From: Flectonema sp. DT1601 | Lineage: Eukaryota | Assembly (NCBI GenBank): GCA_964019425.1 | Contig: OZ025781.1 | Location: 1,116,001-1,180,000, forward strand | DNA: 64,000 nucleotides | Direction: 5' to 3' | In this document: piece after piece, positions 1 through 12,657 of the stretch | Position numbering within the stretch: position 1 is the first letter of the stretch | Layout of the letters: each line of letters opens with the position of its first letter | Made by a program: the position numbers and the translations under genes | Notes under the pieces: model-generated | Told to the model about the DNA's origin: nothing | The model's database searches: none | The model's input: only the letters and a program-made list of their open reading frames with translations

Positions 1-287
1 TGATTTTTTTTTGTCCATAACTTTTTTTTTTTTTGTCCCTATCCGCTCGATTATTCTTTCCTTCCCCCCCCCCACCCTCCTTTTTTCTTTTCTAAAATAA
101 AGGAATTAGCTAGAGGTAATAATATTCGTTTCAAACTTTTTTTTCTTTTTTCTTTTTTCTTTTTTGTTGTAGTAAGACTTCGATCAGGAATTAGACATCA
201 GTCGCTACTGAGAACGTACCTTTTATAAAAAAAAACTGTTGTTTTTTTTTTTTTTTTTGCTGAATGTCAGAAGGTAAAGTAACGTTG

Positions 288-2136
288 CTATGCTTTCCAC
301 CCACCCCATTCTTCTACCGTGTACGAACCGAACCTGTGTACGCCATTTTCATTCGAATATGGTTCATTGAATGGTATGTGCTTTAGTGGATCACCGAATA
401 CAGAAGTGCGCCATGAAACATGGTCTTCATCGGAGTAACTTGCCTGAATCGGCTGTTGCACCGAAACCGGACGTGGTTGTGTTGGTAGTGGTGGTTGTGT
501 TGGTTGTGTCAGTCGTGACTCGTCCCATTTTGACCATGTTGCCATCGGTTCTTGATCCCGTAGGTGTTCTTGATTTGTTTCTTGATAGTGTTTACTTTGT
601 CCCCATCCCATACTACTCCCAGGTTGTGTCTCGAATGTCAACGCATTTCCACCCCACTGTCGTTTGGTAGATAGGTTCTGAGCAGCTGTCTGTTTTATAT
701 TGCTTTTTTTTTTTTTTTTAAAAGTAGAAAAAGCCAACACCTTGGATCAAAAAAGGTCAATAGACACTAAATAAAGCAACTCATTAAACACAAAAACATA
801 CTTTCATAGGACCAGGGAACTCCTTATCCGACTCATTGACTTCCATGTAGAGTCGATAGAGATGAGGGGCAAGTTCATCATCATCACCAGGAGTGTAGAA
901 TGAGTATGAATCACCGCGTTTACCAGCGCGTCCAGTTCTTCCAATGCGATGGGTGTATGATTCAATATCATCTGGTAGATCATAATTAATAACCATTGCG
1001 ACATCAGATACATGAATACCTCTCTGTGCCACATCTGTAGCTATCAGTACTGCTGGCCCAGTTGCTCCTCCAAACTGATGAAGAGTGTCCATACGTTTGG
1101 CTTGCAGCATCGAACCTTCCAAACTGAAAATTTTCAATCTGTTAAAACTTGATCTCAGAAAAGCATGCAAGTTCGCAACATTCTTGCGAGTGTTAGTAAA
1201 TACGATGGCTTTCTTTTTCTCAGACAGAATGTTATCTGCGATAAGAGACTTCAAGTCGTCATTCTTCTGACGCTCATTTGGACAAACCCAAAAAACCTGT
1301 CTAATATTACAGTTTGCTTTCATGTAGGTATAACCGACATTTATTTGTACCCACCCGAGGGGCATTATATCCTTTGCTGCCTCATGAACTTCTTTGGGCC
1401 ATGTTGCGGTCCAAAATAGTGTTTGTCGGTTAGGTTTAGAAGGCAGCTCTCGTATGCATGCCATTGCTTGATCAAAAAACCCATCTTCAAGCAATCGATC
1501 AGCTTCATCAACGATAAGAAGACTCGTGTCGCTTAAGTTGACAAATCTACGACGTATCAGATCCTGAAGTCTACCCGGTGTTCCGATTAGAGACTCAGCG
1601 TCACGTGGAATTCTCGCGACGCGATTACCACCGTATGAGGCATAGTGTTTCATGTCAAAGAAAGCTCTAAAATCCATATTAATTTGTTCTGCTAGCTCTC
1701 TACTTGGAACAATGATTAGCGATGATGGTGATTCACTGGTGCTACCACTTCCATGCCTTGCTGACGCATGTGCAAATGCAGTCAGAGCGTATGCCAGAGT
1801 TTTACCACTACCAGTTTCAGCCAATCCTAAAACGTCAAATCCAGATAACATATATGGCCATGATGCGGCTTGTACAGCTGTTGGTCTGGCCCATTCTCTT
1901 TTGTGAACGGTTTGTAAGAAAGTTCCCGGTCCGCTTAAGCAATTCCATCCAACAATCGGTTTGTGTGCCTGAGCGAATACAGCATCGCCTTCAAGTTGTT
2001 TATGTTCTCCTCGCAGTTCGACAGATATTTGATGAGAAGACAGGAAATCTTTTACAGCAGACTCGTCAAGATCATCGCATTCAGAACTGGGAGTATAAGA
2101 CAGCCGATTGAATATTAACTCCGATCCTGAATCCAT
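288..2136 (-). CDS. DEAD-box RNA helicase (DBP2/DDX5-like), 578 aa, 2 exons (2136-802, 689-288)
   Basis: Motifs AETGSGKT, TPGRL, DEAD, TAT, TDVAQRG and HRIGRTGR. Intron 690-801 (GTATGT...ATAAAACAG, phase 0) joins the two ORFs in frame. Confidence 0.9.
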
Positions 2137-2225
2137 TGCTTGCTGGTGTTCTGATTTTTTTAAAAAATATATAAAAAAAAAATAAAATAAAATAAAAAAT
2201 TATAATTCCACAACATAACCATAAC

Positions 2226-2250
2226 CTGCAGAAAAAAAAAGAAAAAAAAA
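2226..2250 (-). promoter_or_regulatory. Putative spliced-leader trans-splice acceptor (polypyrimidine tract + CAG)
   Basis: Minus strand reads T-rich tract...TTTTCTGCAG about 90 nt upstream of the helicase ATG. Confidence 0.5.
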
Positions 2251-2470
2251 TATAGATTACAGATTGTGAATACAAGAAAAACATTTTAAAAAATCCATTT
2301 TTCAGAACACTAATCGAATAAATAATCACCTCTTATATGTTTTTAAAGTTTACCATTTTAGAGGTAAAAAAAAGAAATGTGTGACTGGTAGTTCACATAA
2401 TGAAAACATAACACAGCAGCTTTTGTCGGAAATGCAGGACAGTAACCTTTATAATATTATTATCACTAAA

Positions 2471-3667
2471 CTACTCTTTCGTTGGGTCAACGAAATCTGA
2501 TAATAAATCGTTAAGCTCGTCATCGACTGTTGGTTGTGGTTTTGATGGTGGCTTGGATGGTGTTGGACTTTCAGATTGCATAGCCGCTTCCAACTCATCA
2601 GTGAAATCAACACTTTTTGCATCTTCTATTCGAGTGTCGATATCATCATCGTCAACAGGAGCCTCGTCTTCTTGTAATTGTTGATCACGGACCATCGATA
2701 TTGCTGCTGACATTTTATCAACGGCATAACCCTCTTCAACTCCGAGAAGTTCAACTTCAAGTTTCTTACGAGCTGCTCTCTCAGCATTGTACTTCATGTA
2801 TGCTGGAGTTTGATATAAATTGAAACCAGTAACAGATTCAGCACCCCCTTCTTTTAGATTACAATACTTCTCTCCAAGAGCAAGTGATTGAGACTGAAGA
2901 GTGTACCAATCCCTGACACTGTTATTCGCATGTTCGATTGCACTTTCTCGTAGTTTAAACTGTTCCATTGGTCTGTAATCAGTGTGAATATCTGCTTTCT
3001 TAGAGTCTGCGATAAGTCTATTTAGTTGAGTAGCGCTCTTCTCGTAGTTGTCCCAGAAGTCTTCAAAATCGTCGCATTGAATTCTGACTGTTCCTTCGAA
3101 CAGGTAGTCACCGTAGGCTTCTTGAAATCTTCTCTGAGCGTGTTTTGATAAACCTAATTGTTCTATTTCAGCGAGTACTTCAATATTACGGTATTGAGCC
3201 CAACGTGCTCTTGCTGTTCGGGGTTCGTCTTTCTTTGCAGTGTCAAGTTCAGGACGTTCATGTCGTACGGTTAATGGAATGTTTACTTGCTCAGGTCCTA
3301 ATCCATAACCACCTGATCTTCCTCTTAAATGTGCAGCAAGAACTGCCTTAGCAGCCTGAGGTACTTTCATTCTCTGCTGTTCGTGGGGTAGTGATGGTAC
3401 TGAGTATCGTTTCATTGTTGGTACTGCTTTGTGTTGTTGATTTATAACTTTTCTATCAGCAACCATCTGTTTAGCATCTCCCCAAAGCCATCCTCCTGAT
3501 CTTCCGTGAAGCGCAAAGTGAGAATGAACCCACGGAAACTCTCCTAAATTGAATTCCTTAAATTTCTGCAAATGAGCAAATTCTCTCTTCTTTTCCCACG
3601 GTGGTGGTGGTACCGTAGTAACCTTAGCTGTTGTACCAGCAATATGAAGTACCCTGTTGCTACGCAT
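2471..3667 (-). CDS. Mitochondrial ribosomal small subunit protein mS35-like (MRP-S28 domain)
   Basis: IEVLAEIEQLGLSKHAQRRF...VRIQCDDFEDFWDNYEKSATQLNRLIADSKKAD resembles the mS35/Rsm24 core. The N-terminus is basic and targeting-like. Confidence 0.65.
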   Translation of the reverse strand: MRSNRVLHIAGTTAKVTTVPPPPWEKKREFAHLQKFKEFNLGEFPWVHSHFALHGRSGGWLWGDAKQMVADRKVINQQHKAVPTMKRYSVPSLPHEQQRMKVPQAAKAVLAAHLRGRSGGYGLGPEQVNIPLTVRHERPELDTAKKDEPRTARARWAQYRNIEVLAEIEQLGLSKHAQRRFQEAYGDYLFEGTVRIQCDDFEDFWDNYEKSATQLNRLIADSKKADIHTDYRPMEQFKLRESAIEHANNSVRDWYTLQSQSLALGEKYCNLKEGGAESVTGFNLYQTPAYMKYNAERAARKKLEVELLGVEEGYAVDKMSAAISMVRDQQLQEDEAPVDDDDIDTRIEDAKSVDFTDELEAAMQSESPTPSKPPSKPQPTVDDELNDLLSDFVDPTKE

Positions 3668-3940
3668 AATGTATTACTGTGAGCTGCTGGGAAAAGAAAC
3701 ACTTCTTAAAAAAAAAACCCCCTCTTTTAAGTAGATCACTTTTTTAACAAACTCATTAATATAATTAGTTTATATTATTATTTATATAGTTCTGTGAAGA
3801 GAATAGTTTGTGATGAATAAAAAACACACATCCTTGTCAAAAAGAGAATATTATCGCAGATCCGCAGAAGCAGAATCGCGTGTAAATAACAAATAAGAAG
3901 GTTTTTCTCCATGCATGAAGTGATTTAAGTAGTAACTAAT

Positions 3941-5878
3941 TTACGATCTAATTTTTGTCCTTCGCTCAAAAGGAGGAGGGAATGCCGGAGGAATTGGTTG
4001 CTTAGTTTTAGTTTTGTATCTACTTCTCGCTGTTGCTGCTGCTACAGAAGATACCGGTGCGTTGATGATCATCGTATGAATTGATTCTTCTAAATTCTCA
4101 CTTAGAATTGGTCGGAATGGACGAGGTGATGTTGTTGTCTTTTCCAAAAGTAGTTCGTTGGGGGCGATTTCAGCTGCAGTTGTAGTCGGAGTGAATGCTG
4201 GATACTCAATAGTTGATGATTTTAGTGACATGTCAAGTCGAGTCTTTTCTATCTCTTCGAGTGCCAGCACTTCTGACTTCGCATACGCAGCTCTCATTTC
4301 TTTCAATTCATCAGTTTCTTCTTCAGCCAGTGGATGGATGAACATAACTCCAGCATTTCGTAGAGACGTTTCCGTTGGTTGGAATGCAGCAGCGCTTCGG
4401 CGTTGAAAATCTTTCAAACTCTCAACTTCAGCTAATAATCTCTTGTATGGTTCTCTGTATAATATTTCTAATTGCCAAGAATCTGTCATTCCTCTTTGTA
4501 ATCTATCACAATAAAGATCAGTCTTTTGAATAAGATCTCCAGCTTTGTGATGTTGTTGACGATAGAGTTCGAGTTCCTTTCGTTGAACTTCAAGTTTGAA
4601 TTCGTTCAGTTGATGTTTACTCGACTTTCTCTGAGCTGTGATTCCCTTATCGGCGCCTATGACGATCGATTGTTTTGTAAAGTCCAATATCGATATCGCA
4701 ATCTCAGAATTCCTAACCTGATTCTCAAGTAAGTTACTGTGAACTGTTCCCTTAGCAATGAGATGTTGAATTGATGATTTTCGTTGTCGTTCTTCTACTA
4801 CACGTTTTACACGAAATTCCACTTCAGTACGACGTTCAATACCGAGGCGCTTGAGCTCTTCTTCTACTGTAAATAATTGCTTCCAACAGGCCTCCTGACG
4901 AAGTTCATTTTGACTAAGTCGATTGTCTGACGAAGTTCTCCATTCAGAAAATTCCTTTTCCATCGCAGTATTAGTTTCTGTACATTCTTTTGTCTTGTTG
5001 GATATGATTAGCATGTCTGTGTGAGATTTCTGGATCACTGATGTGATTTTCTTGTGTAATTCATCGATCTGAACAGTGGCTTCTTGTTTTACTGTGTTGG
5101 CTCTCTCTTTGTATCGGCTATTTGCGTTGCACATAACTTGTAATAATTTTCCTTTGTTTCGTAGTAGTTTCAGTGCCTTTGTTTGATAGTCGAATATGTC
5201 TTCGTATTGATCACTCAGCCAACGGTGTTTCTCTAACTGCGTTGGAGGTTGTTTTTGACGAAAACTCGTTGGTTTCTTCGATTTTAAAAATTCTTCTCCG
5301 GATTTCCATTTTGCCTCATGAGAATCTGTCTTCGAACACAAATCTTGAACTCTTTTTGTTAAGTTAGTGATGTCTTTATCAATTTGAGTAGTACTTTGAT
5401 TAGGTCGTTTTTCATTCATAAAGTCTTTCAGCATATCAATTGAAGGAAGGGCTGGAATCATTAATGGTCCAGTGTCAAGGTGCGAATCAGAAACAGTTTT
5501 TATTAAGTCTGAAGTCTTACTGCGAAGTGTTTCGATGAAAGTTCTGAATATTCGAAGTCTGTCATCGTTTGTAGTCGATTTTAAGTCGAGTAACTTCCCT
5601 TCAACGACATGTATCGAAGTGAGGTCTGCGGAACTGTTTGGATGATACAACTCGTTGACTGGATGAGTCAATTCCCACATCTCTACTAACTTTTCGTGAT
5701 CTACTTCCTCAACTTCTATTGCTGTTGCTTCTTCTACGCATGTCAATGCGTCTAAACCTTCCTTTACTCTCTGACAGCTTCTTACATAAGCATTCCTTAA
5801 CTCACCAATGCTGTACGTAACTGAAGATTCTGCATGTGATATACATTCACGTGCTGCTTCTTCGAGTTTGATTGTCAT
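3941..5878 (-). CDS. Paraflagellar rod (PFR) family protein, divergent
   Basis: QEACWKQLFTVEEELKRLGIERRTEVEFRV and FQPTETSLRNAGVMFIHP match characteristic PFR1/PFR2 segments. Coiled-coil composition. Confidence 0.8.
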   Translation of the reverse strand: MTIKLEEAARECISHAESSVTYSIGELRNAYVRSCQRVKEGLDALTCVEEATAIEVEEVDHEKLVEMWELTHPVNELYHPNSSADLTSIHVVEGKLLDLKSTTNDDRLRIFRTFIETLRSKTSDLIKTVSDSHLDTGPLMIPALPSIDMLKDFMNEKRPNQSTTQIDKDITNLTKRVQDLCSKTDSHEAKWKSGEEFLKSKKPTSFRQKQPPTQLEKHRWLSDQYEDIFDYQTKALKLLRNKGKLLQVMCNANSRYKERANTVKQEATVQIDELHKKITSVIQKSHTDMLIISNKTKECTETNTAMEKEFSEWRTSSDNRLSQNELRQEACWKQLFTVEEELKRLGIERRTEVEFRVKRVVEERQRKSSIQHLIAKGTVHSNLLENQVRNSEIAISILDFTKQSIVIGADKGITAQRKSSKHQLNEFKLEVQRKELELYRQQHHKAGDLIQKTDLYCDRLQRGMTDSWQLEILYREPYKRLLAEVESLKDFQRRSAAAFQPTETSLRNAGVMFIHPLAEEETDELKEMRAAYAKSEVLALEEIEKTRLDMSLKSSTIEYPAFTPTTTAAEIAPNELLLEKTTTSPRPFRPILSENLEESIHTMIINAPVSSVAAATARSRYKTKTKQPIPPAFPPPFERRTKIRS

Positions 5879-5970
5879 GTTAGAAGTGAATTCACCAATT
5901 CCCTGTAAAGTGAGATATTAGATTATGAATAAGACAGTAGTACTCGTAGTAGCTAACAGTTTACAGCTCT

Positions 5971-6738
5971 TCAGATAATTCGAAGAGCTACTTCAGCGTT
6001 AGCAGCAGTCAGTTCGGTGATACTCTCTGCGGGTAGACTGAGTAACTGAGATAGGATTTCGATAACATGATTAACGTCATCAACGCTGGTTTTCGGACAG
6101 TGAGAATCTGACTCCACTAACATTCTGTCTCGAGGGATCATCTCAAGCAGTGCAGGGAACTTCACTCCTTTTACAATCATTGGACTGATTCCAAAATAAA
6201 GTGTTGATTTACTTCTCTTTAAGAGCATCTTTGTAGTGTCAGGTGATCCATTCCAAGAGTGAAGTATGATAACTTTTGGTAACGAATCTTTCTTTGAACA
6301 AATAACTGCTTCCATAGCTCCATAAGCTCTCACGCAATGAACTGAGACAGGACGATTGTGTGCTGCTGCGAGTGCTAGTTGATATTTAAATATTGATACC
6401 TGTTCTTCCATGGGAGGACCTTTTATTTTGTCAAGTCCGATCTCTCCTACAATTGCATTTGGTGAATTGGTTATTAATTTTGTTAGTGTTTCATCCCAGT
6501 TGGTGCTGCGATCTTGTGCCCACCATGGATGTAAACCATATCCGACCATCACTCCTGGTATTGATTTTTTTTCTAAGTTTTGCATTGCTGTCCAATTCTC
6601 TTCGTGAATACCACAAATTAACTGACGATGACTTCTCACGTCCTTCAGATCTCCATCGATTGGTAAATGACAATGGGAGTCAAATAAACCTTTAACCAAC
6701 ATCACTCCTCCCTCAGCACTACCAGTACTTTTTTTCAT
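5971..6738 (-). CDS. TatD family metal-dependent DNase
   Basis: Motifs DSHCH, GLHPW, VGEIGLD, VHCVRAY, HSW and ESD. Confidence 0.9.
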   Translation of the reverse strand: MKKSTGSAEGGVMLVKGLFDSHCHLPIDGDLKDVRSHRQLICGIHEENWTAMQNLEKKSIPGVMVGYGLHPWWAQDRSTNWDETLTKLITNSPNAIVGEIGLDKIKGPPMEEQVSIFKYQLALAAAHNRPVSVHCVRAYGAMEAVICSKKDSLPKVIILHSWNGSPDTTKMLLKRSKSTLYFGISPMIVKGVKFPALLEMIPRDRMLVESDSHCPKTSVDDVNHVIEILSQLLSLPAESITELTAANAEVALRII

Positions 6739-6811
6739 ATAAGAAATAATCTTCTTTTTTTTTTTTTTTTTTTTTTTTTTTTCCCTTCTTTTTTGTTTTG
6801 ATTTTCACAAC

Positions 6812-6842
<31 letters not shown>

Positions 6843-8712
6843 AACTTAACCACTAAGACTATCGTGTACGTTTCAAGTCTGAAACGAGAAACTCATTCGT
6901 GGCAACTTCACGAAAATAAAATTATTGACAAAAAGGGGTTCTTATTATGCTAGGAGTGCTGTCTGTTTGAATGAAAGAAAAAACACTTTATTACAATATT
7001 GCATATCAAACACTTCCGATAGCGTAGTTGTTTTCATCAAAAAGAGAAAAATTCTGCTACGAAAAACAGTTAAATATTTCCTGTGTGACGGTTGTCAACA
7101 GTGAAGTGAGCAAAACTTTTTTTTTTTTTTTTTTCAATATTGCTAGTACGCAAGCAGAGACCTAAATTAAATTCCTCCTTGCTTATGACAATTCAGTCCA
7201 GGGAAAAAAAACTGGAGGGGTGAGAGAGAAAAAAAAGGGGGGAAGGTTTGCAGGTTCGCTTACGAAATTACCACCCCAGAACTTAGCGACTAACATCAGA
7301 GTTCTTGACTAATAGCTCAGCTCTGTAATGACACGGAGATATCGTCTATTTAGCACACATTTGAAAACCATTTAAATTTTCAAATTGTTTTTTTTTTTTT
7401 TCAGATTTAGAATTTTTTTTTTAAGGTAGGTTCAGAAGCGAATTTATTATTCTCTCCTTTTTCACACAATATATAAAAGATTGAGAAAAAAAAACGTTAC
7501 AGTTCGTTACAATTCGTTACAATTACCGCAGCTTTCAAAAGCGTTCAACTCTGCCGAGTCAAGCTAGCTAGTTCAGATGAAAATCCATAGCGTTGTGCCA
7601 TCGAGAATAAGAGAGAGTAGGGGGCGACAATACGACTACAATCTATTTTTAATTCACCCATTGTGTAATTTAAAAATTTAAAAAAAAAAAAAAAAAAAAA
7701 GACAACTGCGTCAGTGTCCAGACGATAGGGCGGGGAGGTATAAAAAAAAAAAAAAAAAAGATTGTTCTTTTTTTTTTTACACGTTAAAAGAAAAATGACG
7801 AGAGATAAAGTTAAGCGAAACATGCTCAAGTCACTTACACGAAAAGAAATATAATAATTTATTCAAGTTCCCGTAGTAAACAGGGTTCATATTATTTTAT
7901 TTCTACATTTTAATTTAATGAGCGAAGAAGTAATTTTGAGCACCAAATCACAACGAAATATGTTATGGTTGCTCGATATTAAGATTACAAACAAAAAGAA
8001 GTGCAACGAACGCGTCATCGCAGATCAGTTTATGAACATCACAGCAAGCGGGACTTTCGCTGCCAACGTTCATTAGGAATTAGACAGTTCTTTCTTAGAT
8101 TTCGGTACATGAGAGCTACAAAAAAGCCAATTATGTGAAGCTAGAATAAAAAAAAAAAGCATCGATAAAAGTGAAGGGAACGACGATGAGCACAGTAAAA
8201 ACGCAGCAGCCGATGCTGACAGACAGGAACTTTCCCGCCTGAATGCACACTACATTATCTCAAAATGAACAAAAGAGAGGGGGAAAAAAAAACACAAGAA
8301 GACAGAACAAGATCAAAAAGAAACGAAACCGACACTAGTAGTGAACAACACTTACTAGGCTTGATTGGTTCACACATTTTAACATATAAAACACAAACAC
8401 CACAACAGAGACCAGAAAGATTGAACTCTTCCGATCAATAATTTGAATGAAAAAAAAAAAGAAAATTGTATAAACTTATGAAGGGAGGGATCTTTGCCTA
8501 CTCGCTACCCCAAACGGCCGTTTAAAAAACTACAAAACGAACCTGCCGAATACTCAAACAATTCATCGACTTGCGTAAAAGGAAAACAAGCATTTACAAT
8601 CACAATAAAATAAAAGTGCGGATCTTAAGTATTGAAGTAGAGGTTCAGTACTAGAACACCTTTTGTCACTACCGTACGCTGAACGTAACGTAGAATTACC
8701 GAATGTGAGTTA

Positions 8713-10471
8713 CTATAAACAAGCTTCTATTAGGAACGGGCCGTCGTGTTTCAACGCCGTTTCAAAGTTTTTGTGAAAATCCTCGCATGTCGTCACCTTG
8801 ACAGCCTCAACACCAAAACCCTTCGCGATAGAAACCCAATCAATGTCTGGTTCTCCTAAGTTAGTGAGACTCTTGGCTGCTGATCCAGTTTGACTCAATT
8901 TTTGTTTATTTTGTTCTATTTTTAATATTTGATATACTTTATTAGAACAAATGACTGTGGTCACGTTGAGCTGTTAATTATTTTATTATGTTCAGTATTT
9001 AACTAGTTGAGAATAACAAAAAGATTCTACAGAAGAGGAGGCATACCTTTTCTCGAGCTTGTGTCCAGAGTGCTTGCACTGTGTAAAGACCTGACCCGTC
9101 TGCTTGAAAGTTCACAACTCTTCTGTTTGGACACGCAATAGCAGCTCCGGTAGCCAGGGGTGGACCTTGCCCGATTGCCCCTCCAGTTAAAGTCAGGTGA
9201 GAGAACGACGGACATGATTGAGAAGCTTGCCAGTAGCTGCCTCCAGAAGTCAGAGATTCATCGATGAGAATCGTTCCCTATTTTAGTGTTTGGGGTTTTT
9301 GATAATAATTTAACTCTTCAACAACAACTAATAAACATACCTCTGGTTGTGAATTAGCAATACAACTACACAGTTTTGAAGGGTTCAACTTACCCTTTGG
9401 GTAGTTAGGAAGTTTTTGTTTTGATTGTTGAGATGATTCAACTTTCAATTCGTCAGCAATGTATTTCAGAGCACCAGGAACGTCGTGGGTGTCGATCTCA
9501 ATAATTGATTGTGTGGTGTAGTCAACTAGTTCACTTATCATGTCATCATATCCAAACATAGCAACAGGTACTCGAGCACCAATAAAAATAATACTACTGA
9601 ATTTACGTAACTCTTTCTGTGCGTCGTTAGGAAAGTAGGCCAATCGATGAACTGCAGGAAGATCACCACCTCTGTCAATTCTCGCAAAAGCATTTTCACA
9701 CATCAATGTAGCACCAGTAGCAGTAGATATAGAACCTGCAATCTCAAGGGAAGGGGACCACAGTCCTCGACCTCCTACAAATAAACAACATTTCTTACCA
9801 TCAGTAGTAAGAGTTTTAATAGCAGAAGACACATTTTGAATACTTGAATTATCCCCCACAGTGGTATCTGCTTGGATTGCTGCGGCAAAGACATTTCCTT
9901 CAGAAATACTTCCATAACCAAATGTAGGAGATTGGACTTCTTCTGCTACAGTTCCCCTTTCAGCAGCAACATTCTGAGGTACTACTAATGTTGAGATTCT
10001 TGAAGCACCTGATCGAATTTCCGCAGATGCAGAGAGTGCATCAGTGCAGATGGTAGCAACGTCTCCTCTATTGTTTATTGTGAAGACTTTCTTTGATACC
10101 GCACTTGCAAGTCCTTCGATGTCCATTCCAAGAAGAGGATCAGCCTTTCGATGCCAAGTCGACATCTCACCGATGATATTAATAATTGGTGACCCTGCTC
10201 TTCTAGCATTGTGTAAGTTGGCTATTCCATTTGATAGACCTACTCCCAAGTGGAGGAGTGTTGCAGAAGGTTTACCAGTCATTCTTCCATAACCGTCTGC
10301 TGCACCAGTTACGACATTCTCATGAAGACCTAACACAGCTCTAAAGTCACCAACTGTGTCTAGGGCTTCAACAATAGACATTTCTGTGGTACCAGGATTA
10401 GCAAACATAACTTTCACTCCTCCATCATTCAAGGACTTTACTACCTGCTCAGCTCCAGTCAAGGAGCTCAT
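8713..10471 (-). CDS. Thiamine-diphosphate-dependent acetolactate synthase large subunit-like enzyme (bacterial type), 539 aa, 3 exons (10471-9341, 9277-9047, 8970-8713)
   Basis: [39 protein letters not shown]. The spliced middle exon gives [12 protein letters not shown]...[21 protein letters not shown]...QADGSGLY...WTQAREK and the last exon gives [10 protein letters not shown]...GPFLIEA. Introns 9278-9340 and 8971-9046 are both GTATG..AG. Confidence 0.9.
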
Positions 10472-10614
10472 TTCGTTTTAGTGGATAATCTTTTACTGTT
10501 TGTGGAGAAATAATTAGATAAAGAATTTGTCATTATCAACTTCCCCGATACCAAAACTACTATGTTGGTAGTTTTTAAGATACAATTGTTGGCAAAAAAA
10601 AAAAAAAAAAACAT

Positions 10615-10641
<27 letters not shown>
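10615..10641. repeat. (GA)n microsatellite
   Basis: Direct reading: run of ga dinucleotides. Confidence 0.9.
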
Positions 10642-10645
<4 letters not shown>

Positions 10646-10679
10646 ATATATATTAAGTTACAATATCAAATACAATAAT

Positions 10680-12657
10680 TTACGCACGGGTGATGAATGG
10701 AGATCCGTGCTCAATTTTATTTGGACTTCCTCGAGGTGATATTGGTAATTTTCGTTGAAGTTTTGTCAAATTTGAAACCAAAACTAACTCTTCAGGCAGA
10801 GGTGACGGCAACCCAATTAAAGCACCCGGCTCACCCGATGGAGACAACGCATGAGCTATCACAATTCCATGAACATTTAACAAAGCTGCGTTGCTATGTT
10901 TATTAATAGCAACTGGTGATCCAATCGGAAGAGTCAAAAGAAGGTGATTACGCATCTGATCTTCACCTGTTCCCTTATTTAAAGATAGCGGCATCGTAGG
11001 AGGAGTAACAGGAAGAGGTAACGTATTAAGTTGATTAGTGAGTTCATTTACTCTGAGTTGAAGATCAGCATTTGTCGCTGCAGTTTGATGCAATTCTTGT
11101 GATAGTAAGTCTTTAGCGAGGATGTTACTCTCAAAGGATGTCAGTCGATGTTTCAACAGAGCTGATTCAGAATTACTCAAATCACATTTTTCTCTAAGTG
11201 TTGAACATTCCAATCGAATTGTATCTCTGTCAGCATTCGCTTTACGAAGCTCATCAGTTGTTGCTTGAAGAACTGATTGTATTCTGTTTAATTCATTGCT
11301 TTGATGAGTTTGCTGTTCCTGATATTGTCTTGTCTTTATTGAATACTGTTTAGAATCGCTTTCAGCTTTTCGTATTATGAGTTCCATTTCGTTGGTTAGC
11401 TTTTCAACCATTACCTCACCATCCATCAGTTCATTTTCAAATGTTCTGTTACGGACTCTTAAAAAGTTAAGTTCATCTCGTTCTGTTTCATTCTTTTGAT
11501 CGATACCAATTTTTAGATTTTCATTTGCGATTCTCAATTCTGTTATCGTTGCTTCACATTCTGATAGTTGCCTTGCCTTGTCAGCTTCAACTGCTTCTTT
11601 TGCCTGCGTGTTTAGTTATTTTAATCGTGGTTTGCTGATACTAATTAAGATTGATAATTAAAATAATTAAACACACCGATGCAGCAGCTTCCATTCTTGA
11701 GTTGCCCTTCAGCTGCAATGCCTCAACAGCTTCTCGTGCTATTTTCAACTGAGCTTCGTATGAAGAGATCCGCGCGTTGTGGTTAGTCAACAGAAGATCA
11801 CACTCTTCAGTTTTAGCACAGAGATCAGCATCTTGTCGTTTAGACATCTGTTTTTGGTTTATAATAAGAATGGTTTTACACTACAAAGTAAATAACAGGC
11901 TATAATAACATACCTGTTTCACAGATGACAACACATGACATGCCCTATCAATATCAATCCAAGTAGGAAGGATAACAGTCGCACAGTCATCAACGTCAAG
12001 AAGTATTTGAACTGATGCCCAAAGCCGTTCAAGTAAAGATTGAGAGTTTCCGTTTATCTCTCTGTCATCACATATCACTTCTAAATGCTTGACTCGGTCT
12101 TTAAGACGACTGTTCTCCTTGACGACTTCATCACTGACTGGCTGACCATCACATAAGAATTCAAGATTCTTTATTCTGTCTAACAAGTGACGATTCTCTT
12201 TTTCTAATTCTTCAACTCTCCGAGTATCGTTGTCTGTCGGTCGTGGAGATGGTACTCGAGATTGCCGACGTGGGCTTATCTTATTATTGGCTTCCAACTG
12301 CTGTTGTAACTGTGAAATAATTTCCTTTAATTGCGCATTTTCATTATCGAAAGCTGCGGGTTGCTGTAACTGCGGTACAGGAGAAGCAGCTCTCTGAGAT
12401 TGTCCTTCTTTACGAAGCTTGGCAATTTCTTGTGAAGCAACTTCACGTTGAGCTCTTAATTCTTCCTTAGTGAGGGCTACTTCTTTCATTAGTTTTCTGT
12501 TGTTTGTTTCACTCTCGTGAAGACCTCTTTCTAATGTTACTTTTAATACCTCCAACTGCTGCATTGATCTTCTCATATGACATAACTGTGCTAAGGCATC
12601 ATTCATAGTACCAGCAGCGCGAATCATATCGCCTGGTCCCTGGACGATTACTTCCAT
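10680..12657 (-). CDS. Hypothetical coiled-coil protein, 612 aa, 3 exons (12657-11914, 11847-11677, 11603-10680)
   Basis: Three ORFs are joined in frame by introns 11848-11913 (GTATGT..AAAACAG) and 11604-11676 (GTGTGT..CACGCAG). Heptad-rich sequence. Confidence 0.75.
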
